Notes under the pieces: model-generated
What the model was told of the DNA's origin: nothing
Databases searched by the model: none
Seen by the model: the letters and a program-made list of their open reading frames with translations, nothing else
Assembly: GCA_002189035.1 (NCBI GenBank)
Contig: NEEC01000012.1
Span: forward strand, 1,488,001-1,552,000
Origin: Utricularia gibba
Lineage: Eukaryota > Plantae > Magnoliophyta
Direction of reading: 5' to 3'
Length of the DNA: 64,000 nt
Made by a program: the position numbers and the translations under genes
Shown: positions 39,011 to 52,209 of the stretch, one piece after another
How the letters are laid out: every line of letters starts with the position of its first letter
Numbering within the stretch: the stretch's first letter is position 1

Positions 39011-42000
39011 TATGTCTATAAAAAGATGTAAAGATGCTCCATATCATAAGTCTTCACCTACGAATTCCATCTGCCTACACTCTCTTTTGTTTTATGGCAT
39101 CATCTTCAAATCCATTTGAAGCATTTTATGGAGATAGTGATCATGACACAAATCACAACAAAGAAGAAAAGGATAAAAATAAAGATGATAATGAAGCGGA
39201 AATGCAAACACTCAAAGACCAAATCTCTTTTCTAGAGCAAGGAAGCGACTTCTTCAACTCCATACATAGGTATCAAGATCAATAATTGGAAAAAAAATTA
39301 ATCCATGATCGTCCAGTTTCAGGATGAGCTTTATTGTTGAATATGTTGAATGGAGTTGATATACGAGCATATCAAGATCTTTGTATGAAACCAATGGTAT
39401 TCTATTGATTTTGTGCATTATTGGTGGATGAATTTGGACTCAAGAAGAGGTGTCATATCACAGTAGAGGAAGAGGCGGCAATTTTTTTGAAGTCTATTGG
39501 TACACGAATGAGAAATCGTGCTTTACAAGAAATTTTTCACCGGGGAGCTGACACAATTAGCAATTCATTCCATAATGTTCTCAAAGCATGCTGTCGCATG
39601 GCATCTATTTGGGTAAAACCAGGAAGAGATCACACATAAGTCCTGTATTATTAGGAACAAACCTCGTTATTTCCCATTTTTTCAAGGGAAAAAATGGAAA
39701 CCTCGTTGTCTTGGAGCCATAGTTGGAACTCATATAAAAGCATGTGTTCCGATTGAAGAAAGAGTGCGCTACATTGGACAAAAAGGGGTTCCTACTCAAA
39801 ACATTTTGGCAGTTTGTGATTTCAATATGCAGTTCATTTTTGTTACTGCAGGATATGAAGGAATCACACATGATAATAAGATGCTAAAAGAATGTTTACG
39901 TAATGATGAAGATGAGTTTCCACATCCACCACTAGTTACTTCATTTTGAATCAAGCATTTCATACCATAATATTTGATACAATATATTATTTGTCTAACT
40001 TTGTGATCAAAGGAAAATATTACTTAGTTGATGCTGGTTTTTCCAACACAAATGGTTATATGACACCATATCGTAAAACGTGCTACCACTTACCAGAATT
40101 TCAATGCTCAAGACGTGGATATACTCGGCCTGAAGAGTTGTTCAACCATAGACATTCATCACTATTTTGAGTCATTGAAAGATCATTTGGTGTGTGGAAA
40201 AAACGTTTTCACATTATGAATGGCATGCCTTGCAACCTGAAGCTATGCCATCAAGTGGGTTTGGTTGCTGCAATTATGGCTATTCATAATTTTCTTCAGC
40301 AAGTTAATGCAGAAGATGATGGGCGTGATCTGATTGAATACAATGATCCAAATCCATTATCTGAAAAGATCCAATCAAAGAAAATGAAGACACTGCACAA
40401 AGTGATTCAATGGAAACCATTCGTGATGCAATTTGTAATCAACTTTGGAGAGCTCAACATGTAAGAGTGTAATAATTATGTTGTTTTCAACTTTGTTTGT
40501 ATTTTAAATATTCTAATCTAATGAATCATTATTTTGAATATAATAAATTCAAGATAATGAATATTATCAATAATAATAAATTTAGTTCAAAAATAAAAAT
40601 TTGTTCAGAACATTACAATCTGTTTTTGCTTTTGTTAAGTTTACTTCTATTTTTGAAAAGTATTTCTACAAAAGTAAAAGTAAGTTATAAAAGTTTTGCA
40701 GAACACACCTTTAACTTCTTCTACTTCTACTCATTCTCAATTTGTTTCAATTTTAACTACTTTACCTACTTATTACATTAGTAATAAAATATAATTTATT
40801 CAATCAACAAATTGCTGAAAATAAATTTATTCCTTCATTACCCTTCAGTCCTTCTGCTTCTCGTGTGCTTCTCACTCATTTGTTCATGCCTTTGATTTCA
40901 TGTTAGGTTGAAGGTATGTGTTTCCAAAGTTTGCTTTTTTTTTTGTCCTGAAAAACCCCAAATTTACTGTGATTCGAAAGGCATTCCATTTCTTGGTGCT
41001 ATAATTTTTCCAAATCTATCTTTTTAGGGGTTTCAGAACTTCTGTTTTTGCTTGATTCTCTGAACTATAGTTTTTGTATCCTTTTTTGGATGTTTAGATT
41101 TTGTTTTGGTGTCTTTTATACTCCTATTCAGGCATTTAGGGAAGGAGTGGCGGAGAACTAAAAAATGTTATTTTCTTTTTGTAGTTTTCCTTTAGAACGT
41201 ACTTCCAAGATCAAACTTGCTTCATTTGTTGTTGGTTTGGATAATGAGAAGCGTAAGTAGAAAAAAAAATCAAAAATTTTCTTGCGGAATTGTCATTGAC
41301 TTGTATGCTTGGTCTTTTATTGTTAGAATATTGATGTTGTTGCTAGGCTATTTGATTTAAAAATATTATTGTTTCAAATTTCCTACATTTTCTAGTATAA
41401 TTGATATCTTATTCTTATATGAAAATGCCAATGATATTTCATTTAAATTAAAGATATGATTGTTCTATATACTAGATTCATGTTTTTTCATGCCCTATAT
41501 TAGCATTCTTAGGGGAATTTTACTTCATTATTTTACAAATCTTAAAATGAGAGCAAATACCTATGTATCATCATTCATTTTGTTATCTTTTTGCTTTTTA
41601 ATTTCACTGTGTGCTTCCTATGTTTATGTGTTACAAATGAAAGGCAATCGAAGTAAGATACCAACAAAGAGAATTTGAAAACTTGCTACTTGGAATACAA
41701 ATAGGAAACACATATTATTGAAAGTCATGATTATTGAAATCGCTAAGGGAAACCAATCCACTACCATTTCAAACCGAAAAATGAGAGAATATTATGAATG
41801 TCAATAAAAAAGGTCATACTACTTACTACTTGAAGTGTATCAAGAATAAGCGTAATGAGTTTCATAGTGAATGAAATCTTTGGAAGCCATTAATCGATAA
41901 ATCAAGTATTAGGTTTCTTTCAAATGGAATAATAAACATGGATCCTCATTAGTGGGTTGATCGTTTAGTTGTAAGTTTTCATGTATAATTATTATTTGTT

Positions 42001-42782
42001 ATGTGAATTGAATATTTATTATTGTTTGTAATTTGAAATTATTTTTTTGAAGAACATATCTTTTTTTCATTGCGATGACAAAGTTTCTCTATTAGAATCT
42101 ATGCTACATCATTTATAATTATTTTTTATTATGCTCTATTTTTTATAGGAAAACAATCAATATAACAATTTTGAAACTAGAACACTCTTGTTCCCTGATT
42201 TATTAATTCAAGTTTTTGATTTGGTAATTGACTATGGACAAAGGAAATATATTTCTACTTCTGATGTTGAGGTTTTTAATGATGATTATAGTAATGATGG
42301 TGACTCTTTGTTATCTACCAGAGATATATTGTTAGAGGGTGGAGATTTTTTGTATCCATTGAACACACAATATACTTCACATAAGATATCGACTTTGTAC
42401 TCCAAAGAGAACACACCCACTCAAGATAGCAAGTAAGTTGTTCAAAAAAAATGCATAAGTATTGCTAGAGTAATAGTAATCGAATTGCTGAATCATTTGA
42501 GATAATGGTTGTAGCTTCGACAAAAGTAGGATTGGAGAGCTCAAAGTCTTTAAAATACTTTATTGTAAAATGCATTAAACTTATTTTGCATGCTTTGAAA
42601 TTATTCAAGAGTTATCAAAATTAAGAGATCTTTATGTCTCCAAAGAATTCATACCTTCAAAAAGATAACATTGAGGGTGAGATTTTGGTTTCACTACATA
42701 TATGTAGTACTGGGAATATCAGTTTACTGGCTATAAGATTCAATGCTACATCACCCACAAAATGCATAGGTATTTAAATCAT

Positions 42783-44210
42783 TGTCACGACCCATTTTGA
42801 GGGCCCGGGAAAGATGAGTCGTGTCCACCCAATCCTAGCTAAAACACTAGAACTGAAGGTGTCTTTCATTACACGATCTAATAACATTAAAATAAGTAAT
42901 TACATACGTAAACTAGATATGAGACTTTGTCCAAGTACTTTTATATAACATAATTCATAAGTTCAAATGAATTAGATTCAAAATAAAAAGTATATTATAC
43001 ATATATATATTTTACTCATATAAACCTAATAAATAAGCTACATTACTATATACATATATCCATAGGACTCTGGAGAGCATGGTTGATCACTTGATTTCTA
43101 CTGGCTCCTTCATCCTTTAAAATAAATAAAAGTGTGGTCATGCTTTTAAGTTTTAAAACAATTGAAAATCAAGAAAGAACGTAAAGAGTTTATAAAAGAA
43201 ATGTGAAACACATTACAAGTCCTCAGAATGATTTTTCCTCACTTCTCATGATCATCTAGCCTTGACATTGCTATCATACCATAATAGGTGAGACATAAGA
43301 TATCCTTGTTCATGGTTCCATGCTCAGGAGAGCCACCTCTGACCACAAAACCACAAACTCGAGACATACATAACATAACATATCATATCATATCTTGCAT
43401 AGCTTTTATGCTTTTTTGCCTTCCACTTATACATGATGCCTCAGACATGCCTAACATATTAGTCATAATGCCTGTGGTATAACCGCGTTGCTAAAGATAT
43501 ATGTCTATATCTCCTCTATTCTTTCCTAGTTTGTTTATCATATAATACATAGAGATACATATTGCAATATCATCTTAAAGATAACATGGGTGATTATTAA
43601 TGAAAAGAATCCTATTTTTAGGACTCAAAAATAGCTTTTTTCTGAAATAACATGAAATAACCTACTTCTCTATTAGAACTTTCATGCAACATAAAAGGGT
43701 TTTGAGCGTAGATACAATTATATCCAAAGTAATAGAAATTAACACCAACATCACATAGACACATCATTTTTCATAAATCAATTTCAAAAATAAGTGAAGC
43801 TTCAAAGGCAATTATATCACTTACCTTAACACTTTAGACTCTAAACCAATTTTAAAGCCTCGTTCACCAAAGGTACTATAAATCTTCCTTCCAACCTCTC
43901 CTCCTCGCTTTTGCGAAACTCAAAAATAATTAAAAGAATCTTATATTCCATTATATATATATATATATATTACCATCTACATTTCATCCTTATTTTGCAT
44001 ACAACATGTGGCACACATGTATAGCGTACAAATAGCACACATGTAAGAGGACACATGGTGCACATGCAACAGGACATGTGGTGCACATGCAAGATGACAC
44101 ATAGCATACACATAATAGTGGTTACTTGGATACATTTGATTGGCTAGGTTAATATGAAATAGAATAAGTTTAAACTAAAGAGCAAAATCTTTAAAGCTTG
44201 AATCCTCACA
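42783..44210 (-). mobile_element. Ty3/Gypsy (Tekay/Del-like) solo LTR
   Basis: On the plus strand it begins TGTCACGACCC and ends AATCCTCACA (TG...CA). Flanked by a 5-bp TSD with one mismatch: atcat (42778-42782) and gtcat (44211-44215). Contains atatc/ataac runs typical of such LTRs and no coding sequence. Lineage assignment is from recalled terminal motifs. Confidence 0.75.
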
Positions 44211-46153
44211 GTCATAAATTATAGCATATTATTTATATTATTGACGGTTTGTTTTTCATGCAATTTAGGGAATTTTTTGTTACATAAATGTTGGATGATG
44301 TCTATTATTATGTTTTAATTTATGTTTTTGTTAAGATTGAACTGTAGTTCTATATGATGATTGATCTTTGAGTATTTCTTATAGATTGAAACTCGACATT
44401 AGTTGGTTTTTCTAGATACAACATTAGGTTCATTACAATAATATCTAAAAATTTGAATAAACACATATAGAGAATTGAGAGAAATTAATGAATGTTGATG
44501 TTAATGTACTCCTCTAATGAAATTTCAACAATTTTGTGTATCGGGATTGATGAATGACATTGAGATTAAGAATACCCTCATCTCTTTGTTTCCAATGATG
44601 TCTTTCTTTAACAATACATCATTTCATGACTTTTCCAACAATGATGAGGAGAGTAAGGAACTCGACGACGTGCAGAGTTTATCAATGCTCAAATGGATCA
44701 ATTAAAGATTCTTGTAGATTATCACGAACACTTCCTTGTGAAACAACTAATTTATAATAGAGAAACTAATGGATAGTCTTTATTGCTATCAATGTTGAAT
44801 GGCCACATGATACTAATAGTAACTGCAATGACTATATAATTGGCTATGTCATGTGAGTGGTGAAGATGATGGCGCTCGTCCCTCAAAATATGAGGGTATA
44901 CATAGCGATGTGTCTAATAATAAAGAGTTAGAAAATGAGGAAGAAGAACATCATGGTGAATCAATTGCGAATCGGGTAATGAAAATCATGAATCTGATCA
45001 ATCTATGAATGGTTTTCATGATTTTATTGCGAATCAGTTGTGGGCTACTTGTTAAAGAAGAATGTAATGTAATGGCTTTAATTTTTTATTTTTCAGTATT
45101 ATGTACTTTGTTTTAATATTTTTATTAAAATTATTTGCAATTAATGTGTATTAATTTAACAAAATAAAGTATTATAGTAATGAATGGTATATAGTAATTT
45201 AAAATTTTACTATTACTTATTTATAATCTGCTTTTACAATTTAGTTTGTACTTATTAATAATTTCTACTTATTATGATTTTTAAATAAACTATTCTAATT
45301 ATTCTATATCTACTTATATAATAATTTATAGTTATCAATTAAGTAAAAGTTATTGTTTAAGTCTCACATATTATACCCTAAAAATGGCGGTCAATGCATC
45401 CCATGGGAAAATTTTTGCAACAAGCAAAGAAATATTCATCAATTTACCATCCTCTATACTTTGCTACATAATAAAATATATGAGAAAAGAAATACAACAA
45501 TGATGGAGATAACTTGATGTTTTCTTTATGAGAAATATGTGCTTCAAGAATATTGAGGAAAGGTTATGAATACAACCACATATCTATTAAATAAAATACT
45601 CACAAAGGGCACTAAGGATAAGTTTCTACCTTATAGCTTATGATATGAAAGAGAGACAAACATAATTGATCTCAAAATATTCGAAAGCTTATGCTATGTA
45701 CATATTCTAAGGGAAAAAAAGAACAAACTAAATGAAAGTGCACATTAGGAATATTTATGAGTTATAGTGACATAATGAAAAATTTACAGAGTTTTTGATC
45801 CAGAGTCAAGGGAAATTATTATTGATCAAGACATGTTGGCTGATAAAGATAGAAAATGGAAGTGGAAAAACACTAATATTCCTAAAGAAAGCCATGAAGA
45901 TTACAATAATAAATTGGAAGATTTCTTTTCTACAAGCTTCTTCATGAGGATGATTACATATATAATATTTTAAGAGCAAAATTTGAAGAGTTACAAGTCA
46001 AACATATAGAGAAAAGCATATATGAGGAAAGTTCAAAAGCAAAAGAAACACTTGAAAAAAACAATTAAAAGTTCAGAACTTTAGAAAAAATTTACAACAA
46101 ATACATGATGGTACATGAGCCTACCTCATTTGAAATGACAATTGCTCACCCAT

Positions 46154-47369
46154 TGATAACACCATTTTTATTGTGTTCTTATTTTAAGTATGTTTTGTAG
46201 GGATAAATGTTATTTATTGTATTAAATTAACTTTTTTTGCGTATTTAGTTTGTTAGAATGTGTTTTTTGTGAAAATAGGCTCAATTGGCAACAATTGAGC
46301 CGAAAACTCTAATATTTCATCTAGTCTGTGTTTTAAGTCTTACTAAGATAAGAGCTAATACTGTAGCAGCACACTTTCCGCGTTAAAAAGTCAAAAGGTA
46401 CATAAAAAGCTGAGCAAAAGTCACTTTTTCCAAAAGCAACCGCTCTTCTGTAAAGATAAGATTTGGAGTAGAGATCTCGCTTTTAGAAGCTTGAGAAAAA
46501 GATGAAGCTACCCTTACTTTTGAGCGGCAAAAGGGAAAAGGAAGGGAGAGAAAAAAGACAGACTGTGCACGCAGAGTGCACAGGCAGCGAATAGTAGGAG
46601 GAGTTGGAGCAAGGAGAACTTCTTTTCTCCGACGAACGTCTCCGACAACCTCCAGATCTACGTGTCTACACCACTTTTCTGCCCAGAAACTTGATTTCCA
46701 GCAGATCCATGACCGAGAGCAACCGCTAGATGCTTTATTTTCTATTTTTTGCACTTCTATTTCGTTGACGAAATCCCCGCTGTTACTTTATGCATTTTCA
46801 TACTTTCTGTTATATTCTTGCACCTTGTTGTAAACGATAATTCCTCTATAGACCTTATTTCAGTTTATGAACATGTTATTGCTTTCCCTTTTCACGCTCA
46901 GTCCTAAGTTTAACGCACTTTTTACTGTTTCTGTGAACCCAAACTCTATTTTTGCAAACCCTTGCCCTATTTTTAACCATTTTAAAGTTGGATTTAAGCC
47001 TATGGATTCTCTTGAGTGACACAAAAGTTAGACCCTAGTGTAAAACACAGTCAAATTGCTTTTATTTCATGCTTTCTGCACCTTCATGTTAATTTCAGCC
47101 ATTTTTCACCCTTGCAACTCGTTTATTTCAGTCACTATTATTTTAGATCTTACATGCATTAGAGCTAAACCACAGAAAACCCCATGTTTTCAGTAAATGT
47201 GACAAACTTCAGGAAATTACAACTATTCCCTATGGATTCGACCCTTGCTTGCTACATTATATTAATTCCTATGATTTCTGTAGTAGAATAGCTAGGTTTA
47301 GGAATTTTTTTTGATGCATTGAATGTGCTAAACCGCGACATTTAGCAACCTCATTCTAAACGTTCATCT
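46154..47369 (+). mobile_element. Ty3/Gypsy (Athila-like) solo LTR
   Basis: Starts TGATAACC and has the Athila-type ccctatggattcgaccctt motif near the 3' end. Flanked by cccat (46149-46153) and cccaa (47370-47374). Removing it rejoins the Copia frame as EPTSFEMTIAHPWEAMEDEI. The terminal CA appears mutated to CT. Confidence 0.7.
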
Positions 47370-50300
47370 CCCAAGGGAAGCAATGGAAGATGAAATTTCC
47401 ATGATATGCAAAAATGACACATGGAATTTAGTGAATAACCTGCATAGATGAAAAACAATTGGAGTGAAATGAGTATTCTGCACAAAATTAAACACAAATG
47501 AAACATTATAAATTAAAAGTAAGACTGATGGTGACAGAGTATTCTTAAAAGAAATAAGTTAAGTGTCTTGAAACTTTGGCATCAATGGTAATACTTGATA
47601 CAATCAAACTCTTCGCTCTTGATCTATCATTTGGATATGAAATCAGTTTTCCTAAACGAAACCTTACAGGAAGACATTTATATAAAAGAATTACCTAAGT
47701 TTGTGATTAAATGAGTAGAAGATAAATTTCAGAAGCTTCTAAAGCCCTTTATAACCTAAAGCAAGTATCGGGTAAGTAGTATAATAAAATACATGACTTT
47801 TTAAAAAGACAAGATTTCAAAAGAAGTGTGAATGATCAAACACTTTGAAGTTAATACAACTTTGACAAAAGATCAGAAAGTAAATTATTATTTTACTATA
47901 TGTTGATGATATAGTAGTTATAAGAAATAGCTCTAAAATAATGAAAGCTGAAAACGAAGATTTCATTGAAAACCTTTGAAATAATGAATTTAAGAAAAAT
48001 ATCCTATATCCTAGGAATGGAAGTTATACTAAAAAAACTCATAAATTTTTCTATCAAAAGGAAATACTTTGAAAACCTAGCAAGAAAATTCATATTGAAG
48101 AATGTAACCATAGCTCAAATACAACTATTTAATGATAACAAACTAAACGAAAACAATGATAGTGATATAGTTGATAAAAAAATATACATAAAACTAATTA
48201 GATATTCGTTGTACCTTTCTACAATGAGAACTATTATAACATTTGCAATCAATTATCTATTTAGGTTGATGACACATTCATAACTCCAACACTTAAATAT
48301 AAGAAAGAAAATTCTTAAGTATATTAACAGCACACCTTGGTGTGATATATACTAAAAGAATTAATGCTATCATTGAAAACTTTGTTGATAGTGATTATGT
48401 AGGAAATGAAGAAAACATGAAATCAACTGCATGTTGCATTTTCAAACTTGGGTCAACAGCTTTTGCATGTCACAACAAGAAGCAAAAAGTTGTAGCACAA
48501 TCTTCAATGAAAGTATATCACAGTTGCAATAGTAAGAAAAGATGCATTTTGAATTCTAAAGATTCTTGAAGACTTCAAAATTGATATAAGTAATAAATTT
48601 GGCCAAGAATCCAATGGAATTCAGAAAAAGTAGGCATATATGAATTAAGTATCACATTTTTAAGGATTACATGAGGGAAAATAAAATTCACTTTAAATAT
48701 ATCGTTTTTAAAGAACAAGTGGTTGATGTTATCAGTAAGTTCTTTTAGACTAAGATAACAAATATGATAAACTAATCAAACTTAAATATGAAGAAAAAAA
48801 TAGGTGTAATAGCAGAATCAAAGAATCAACATCATAGAGAGAGTGTTAAAAATTGATATTATATCTTTATTGCAATTGTGTAGAGTAACAAAATACAATG
48901 AATTACTGTTGAAACCTAGGAAAAATACAAAATTGGGAAATTGAAACCTACTCATCTATGCAATGATTGCTCCATAAAAATGATAGTACAAATGGTCTCA
49001 TAATATATTACTAACTATTAGATTTGCTTTATTAATTGGATAAAATATTTTGTAAAATTGTTAAATAAAGAGCTCCTCTCTTTTGCAAAATACCAAAATC
49101 TTACAACATTGTTGTCTTACATTATGGTCTCAAGCTGCGCATTGAGTTCCCAATTACACCCATTTACAAGAACAAGAAGTCCAAACTCCTGATAAAAATG
49201 AATATAACTCACATGAGATTTTATGTTCATTGTTAAAACCAGATAAAGAAATTATGTGAATTTATTACACAATATCACTTTTCATGAACATCTTTTGCCT
49301 TGGATATAACAACAAGTGCTTCATGGTGAGCTATTGAAAATCAATGGTCTATCTCAGAAGATGAATCCTCCATTTAAAAGTAACGAGGCATCCTTATATG
49401 ATAAAAAAAAAAAAACTCTTATTTTCTTAGTAGATCAACATTTACATCATGGTTTATAGACTTACAAAGAAGCTCAAGTCCTGCACTAGAATAAAGTGCG
49501 GTATGTATGCACAAACATTAAGATGAATCATGGTATTAATTCAATGAATTCCAAACCAAAACGATGCCAAATCATCAGATGAAATGATGTGTTGATACGC
49601 AACTATAGCGAAAAGTAGAGATTGAGATCTCTCCTTTCTCATTTCCAGCTTCAAGGCATTGAAGGGAAGTAAAACTAGTGTTTTGACAATAACATTTGTA
49701 GAAGTTAATGACATAAGGTTTAAGGCATTTATCTAATCACCTTTATATACCACAACAAGAAACCTTATTTACATAATATGGGCTTTTGTTGTTTGTGAAA
49801 GGGACCTATTTTCTTTTCAAGCATACAAATATAAGGTGGATTACCTAACAATACATACAACACCAATGATTTGTGTCTAAAATGCATGATGGGTCTCTGC
49901 TCTAGAAAGTGACATAAGTACCCTAAAATGCCTTCATGGATTCATGACTACAACCTACGGATTTCAAGAGAAGGAGACATAACTAGGATGGAAAAAAGTG
50001 CTATTTGAGGTTCCATCAAAACCGAGTGATGGGAATGATAAGGATTTCTAATAAAGTGTTAGTTTAGGAACTTGTATTTAGGAGTTTTGTGATTATAGCA
50101 CAATTATAGGTATAGTTTTAAAACTAAAAAAAATAAAAAAGATTAATAGATCAAAAATTTCAATACTAGAAGAATATCAATTGAATTTATTTTCCAATAT
50201 GAATGTTGATTTTCAAATATATATGACATATTTTTTTCCTCATTTTGTAAGACTTATGTACTTTGATATTCATATTTTGGTATGATGTCATGATTTGCTT

Positions 50301-50590
50301 TATTCAAATTTAATTTGTGATATAAATTATACATAGAAAATAATATTTTACATATGTTGTGCTTAATACAATCATGATAGTTATTTGGACAAAAATTTCA
50401 ATATAATTATTGGTTTTGTGGCATAATTTATCATAAACTACCAAATGGAAAAACAATTGCGGTTGAAATTGGTCGTCACAAATCTTCAAAAACGATCAAT
50501 GTGGCCCAAAATCTTAGTGGGCCAAGAAAATGACGTATGGTGGGGAATTTTGAGTTGGGTAACTGGCAGGTGTCATGTACCACAATCATC

Positions 50591-50722
50591 TGACACGCGT
50601 AAACAATCTGACGGCGTCTCTCGTGCCACGTGTCGTCCTCTCTTCCCTGACGCCAAGATATTCTGTAGGCACCGTTATTCTCGGAAGAAGGCGTTCAAAA
50701 TTAATTCCCCGCGCCACGTGGC
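50591..50722 (+). promoter_or_regulatory. ABA-response complex: CE3-like element plus two G-box/ABREs
   Basis: tgacacgcgt (50591-50600; reverse complement contains ACGCGTGTC), gccacgtgtc (50625-50634) and gccacgtggc (50713-50722), 100-230 bp upstream of the NINJA/AFP start codon. Confidence 0.7.
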
Positions 50723-50820
50723 GTAGACCCACCGCCCCCTTCAAAAACCCAACTCTTCCGCAGTCCCCACAACCAAATACATTCGCCTCATCCTCCGCAT
50801 TCGATTTGGTGTTGGGGACG

Positions 50821-51547
50821 ATGCAGAGGCGTGACGAAGAGAGCGAAATCGGACTGTGCCTCGAGTTATCCGTCGGCGGGAGTACCGGAAAAAGAAGAAG
50901 AACGACGCACGATTCCAATGCTGAACTCGCATTGCGCTTCGAGGAGGAGAAACTTGTGCCGATGGTGAGGCGTCGTGGGCTCGAATACGCGTCGCGGAAT
51001 GCGGTTGATCTGGACGGCCGATCGAGTTCCTGTGATTTGAAAATAGAAGACGAAAATCTTCGCAAAGGTGATTTGATTTAGAGAGATGTTATATTTGAGT
51101 ACGGTTCAAGATCTGTAGTAGACTTGTTGAGTAGATAGTTTCTATATGTAGCGTGATTTGGTATCCGGCGGTGAACTGTGATCGGAGCTTTCGTGTCCTT
51201 CAGGTGGCGTTCCTGCTGCAGCAGCAAGTACTCCTCTCGTCACGGCACTAAAGGCACCAAAGGAGATCGTCAAGAAGCCCCCAAAGGCACCAAGCAGCGA
51301 CAGCGGCAAGATTGCGTCGACCGCATCATACATTCCTCGTGTTTCAACCACCGGGAACGGTCCCAATGGGAAAACAATCAGAGGACTTCTGTACAAGTAC
51401 ACCCAGAATGAGGTGAGCATCATGTGTGAGTGCCATGGGTGCTCGTTTTCGCCGGCAGAGTTCGTGGAGCATGCCGGCGCCGTCGACGTTTCTAATCCCC
51501 TCAGGCACATAACCGTCGTTCACCCTACAAATGGCGTGATTTTGTGA
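50821..51547 (+). CDS. NINJA/AFP (ABI5-binding protein) family, short form, ~196 aa
   Basis: Exons 50821-51067 and 51204-51547, in phase. EAR-like [12 protein letters not shown]-terminal TIFY-binding domain [22 protein letters not shown]...[23 protein letters not shown]...PLRHITV. Confidence 0.88.
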
Positions 51548-52209
51548 AGGAACCTGAGAGGCTTCCCCAAGCAAGAAAGCAAGAATGACGGGGGTAGGGC
51601 GCCTCCTTGCAACTGAATTTTTGTAACGCCATGGGGAGAAACTCCCTTGGCTTTTGGATGCGTAACAAAGAAATACTTTTAGGTGTGATTTTCTAATATC
51701 GATTTTCCGGAAATTAGGTAAATATTATTTTAATTATTTAAATAGAAAAAGTTATAAGAGGAACTTGTGTGAAAAAAAAATCTTTTTAATTTTTCAATAT
51801 AAATTAACAAAATTTGATGTATGGGACAAAATTCATTTATGAACTTATATTTAAGTCATTTTTTGTGTTATTTAAATAATTTTCTATTTGAAATATTTTT
51901 TTATCAAATTTGAATTTTTTAGAATATTGGATCTATTTTAAATAATTCGATCACAAAAATTAATAATACTTAAAATCTCAGATTTCCTCTGAATGAAATA
52001 GTAGCCTGAATAGCACGCTCATCATCTTCAGATGCATTAGAGTTAGAGATCCTGCGGGCACATGGTTTTGTAACTTTACAAAAGAAACTTTGTTATAGAA
52101 AAAGAAGAATGATGTAACGGTAAACAGAGTGTTTAACCACAAAAATTGGCCACATCTGTGTCATCTGCCGCCATCGGCAGCACTGGGCTGTCTGTCAGCT
52201 GTGTTTCTC

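Larger units (their letters stand above)
35991..40710 (+). mobile_element. Inner PIF/Harbinger DNA transposon (element A): Myb/SANT-like ORF1 plus DDE transposase, both disrupted
   Basis: Perfect TTA target-site duplication (35988-35990 and 40711-40713). About 45-bp imperfect TIRs (ggatatgttcttcaaaacttttat.. versus reverse complement aggtgtgttctgcaaaacttttat..). ORF1 ~36740-37960 (NWDLRSMEIYL...EEIEKGN...KEGW...KQLRNRWN). Transposase ~39094-40470 (RCLGAIVGTHI, TQNILAVCDFNMQFIFVTAGYEG, KYYLVDAGF, EELFNHRHSSL*VIERSFGVWKKRF). Stops and frameshifts present. Confidence 0.9.
35909..45378 (+). mobile_element. Outer PIF/Harbinger DNA transposon (element B), degenerate
   Basis: Splits the Copia integrase 'xSDNGG' motif and is flanked by TAA (35906-35908) and TAA (45379-45381); TIRs are weakly similar. 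Myb/SANT-like ORF1 remnants at ~41640-41970 (EIAKGNQSTT..., CIKNKRNEF..*NLWKPL) and ~42150-42650 (SNRIAESFE, IVKCIK, HALKLF...EIFMS). Transposase C-terminal remnant at ~44750-45050 (IVTAMT..NW...EDDG; MNGFHDFIANQLWA). Confidence 0.65.
33807..49105 (+). mobile_element. Ty1/Copia LTR retrotransposon, degenerate, with both LTRs; interrupted by nested insertions
   Basis: 5' LTR 33807-34088 (TGTTATAAAAT...TTTTACA) is followed by a decayed tRNA-iMet PBS (tgatatcaaagc). 3' LTR 48844-49105 (TGTTAAAAATT...CTTACA) follows a PPT (agagagag). The LTRs share blocks such as ctaac.attagatttgct.tat.aattgga. Internal: gag ~34200-35100; integrase HTDICG at ~35715; NGGQC..FC..HQFT at ~45385; KIFESLCYVHI at ~45670; EPTSFE at ~46120; MEDEISMICKNDTWNLV at ~47385; RT/RNaseH to ~48780 (LLYVDDIVVI, VDSDYVG, KKQKVVAQSS). 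Many stops. Confidence 0.88.

Noticed and set aside
42440-42780. First read as a Mutator/SWIM remnant (AESF, HAL motifs)
   Set aside because: It aligns better with the C-terminus of the neighbouring Harbinger ORF1, so it was reassigned to element B.
49110-50050. Coding-like degenerate sequence right of the Copia 3' LTR (and 33620-33800 on its left)
   Set aside because: Probably an older TE into which Copia inserted, but no diagnostic motif could be read.
50575-51510. Several long overlapping ORFs on both strands around the NINJA gene (e.g. 50586-51065 -, 51142-51510 -)
   Set aside because: These are expected shadows of GC-rich promoter and coding sequence, with no recognisable motifs.
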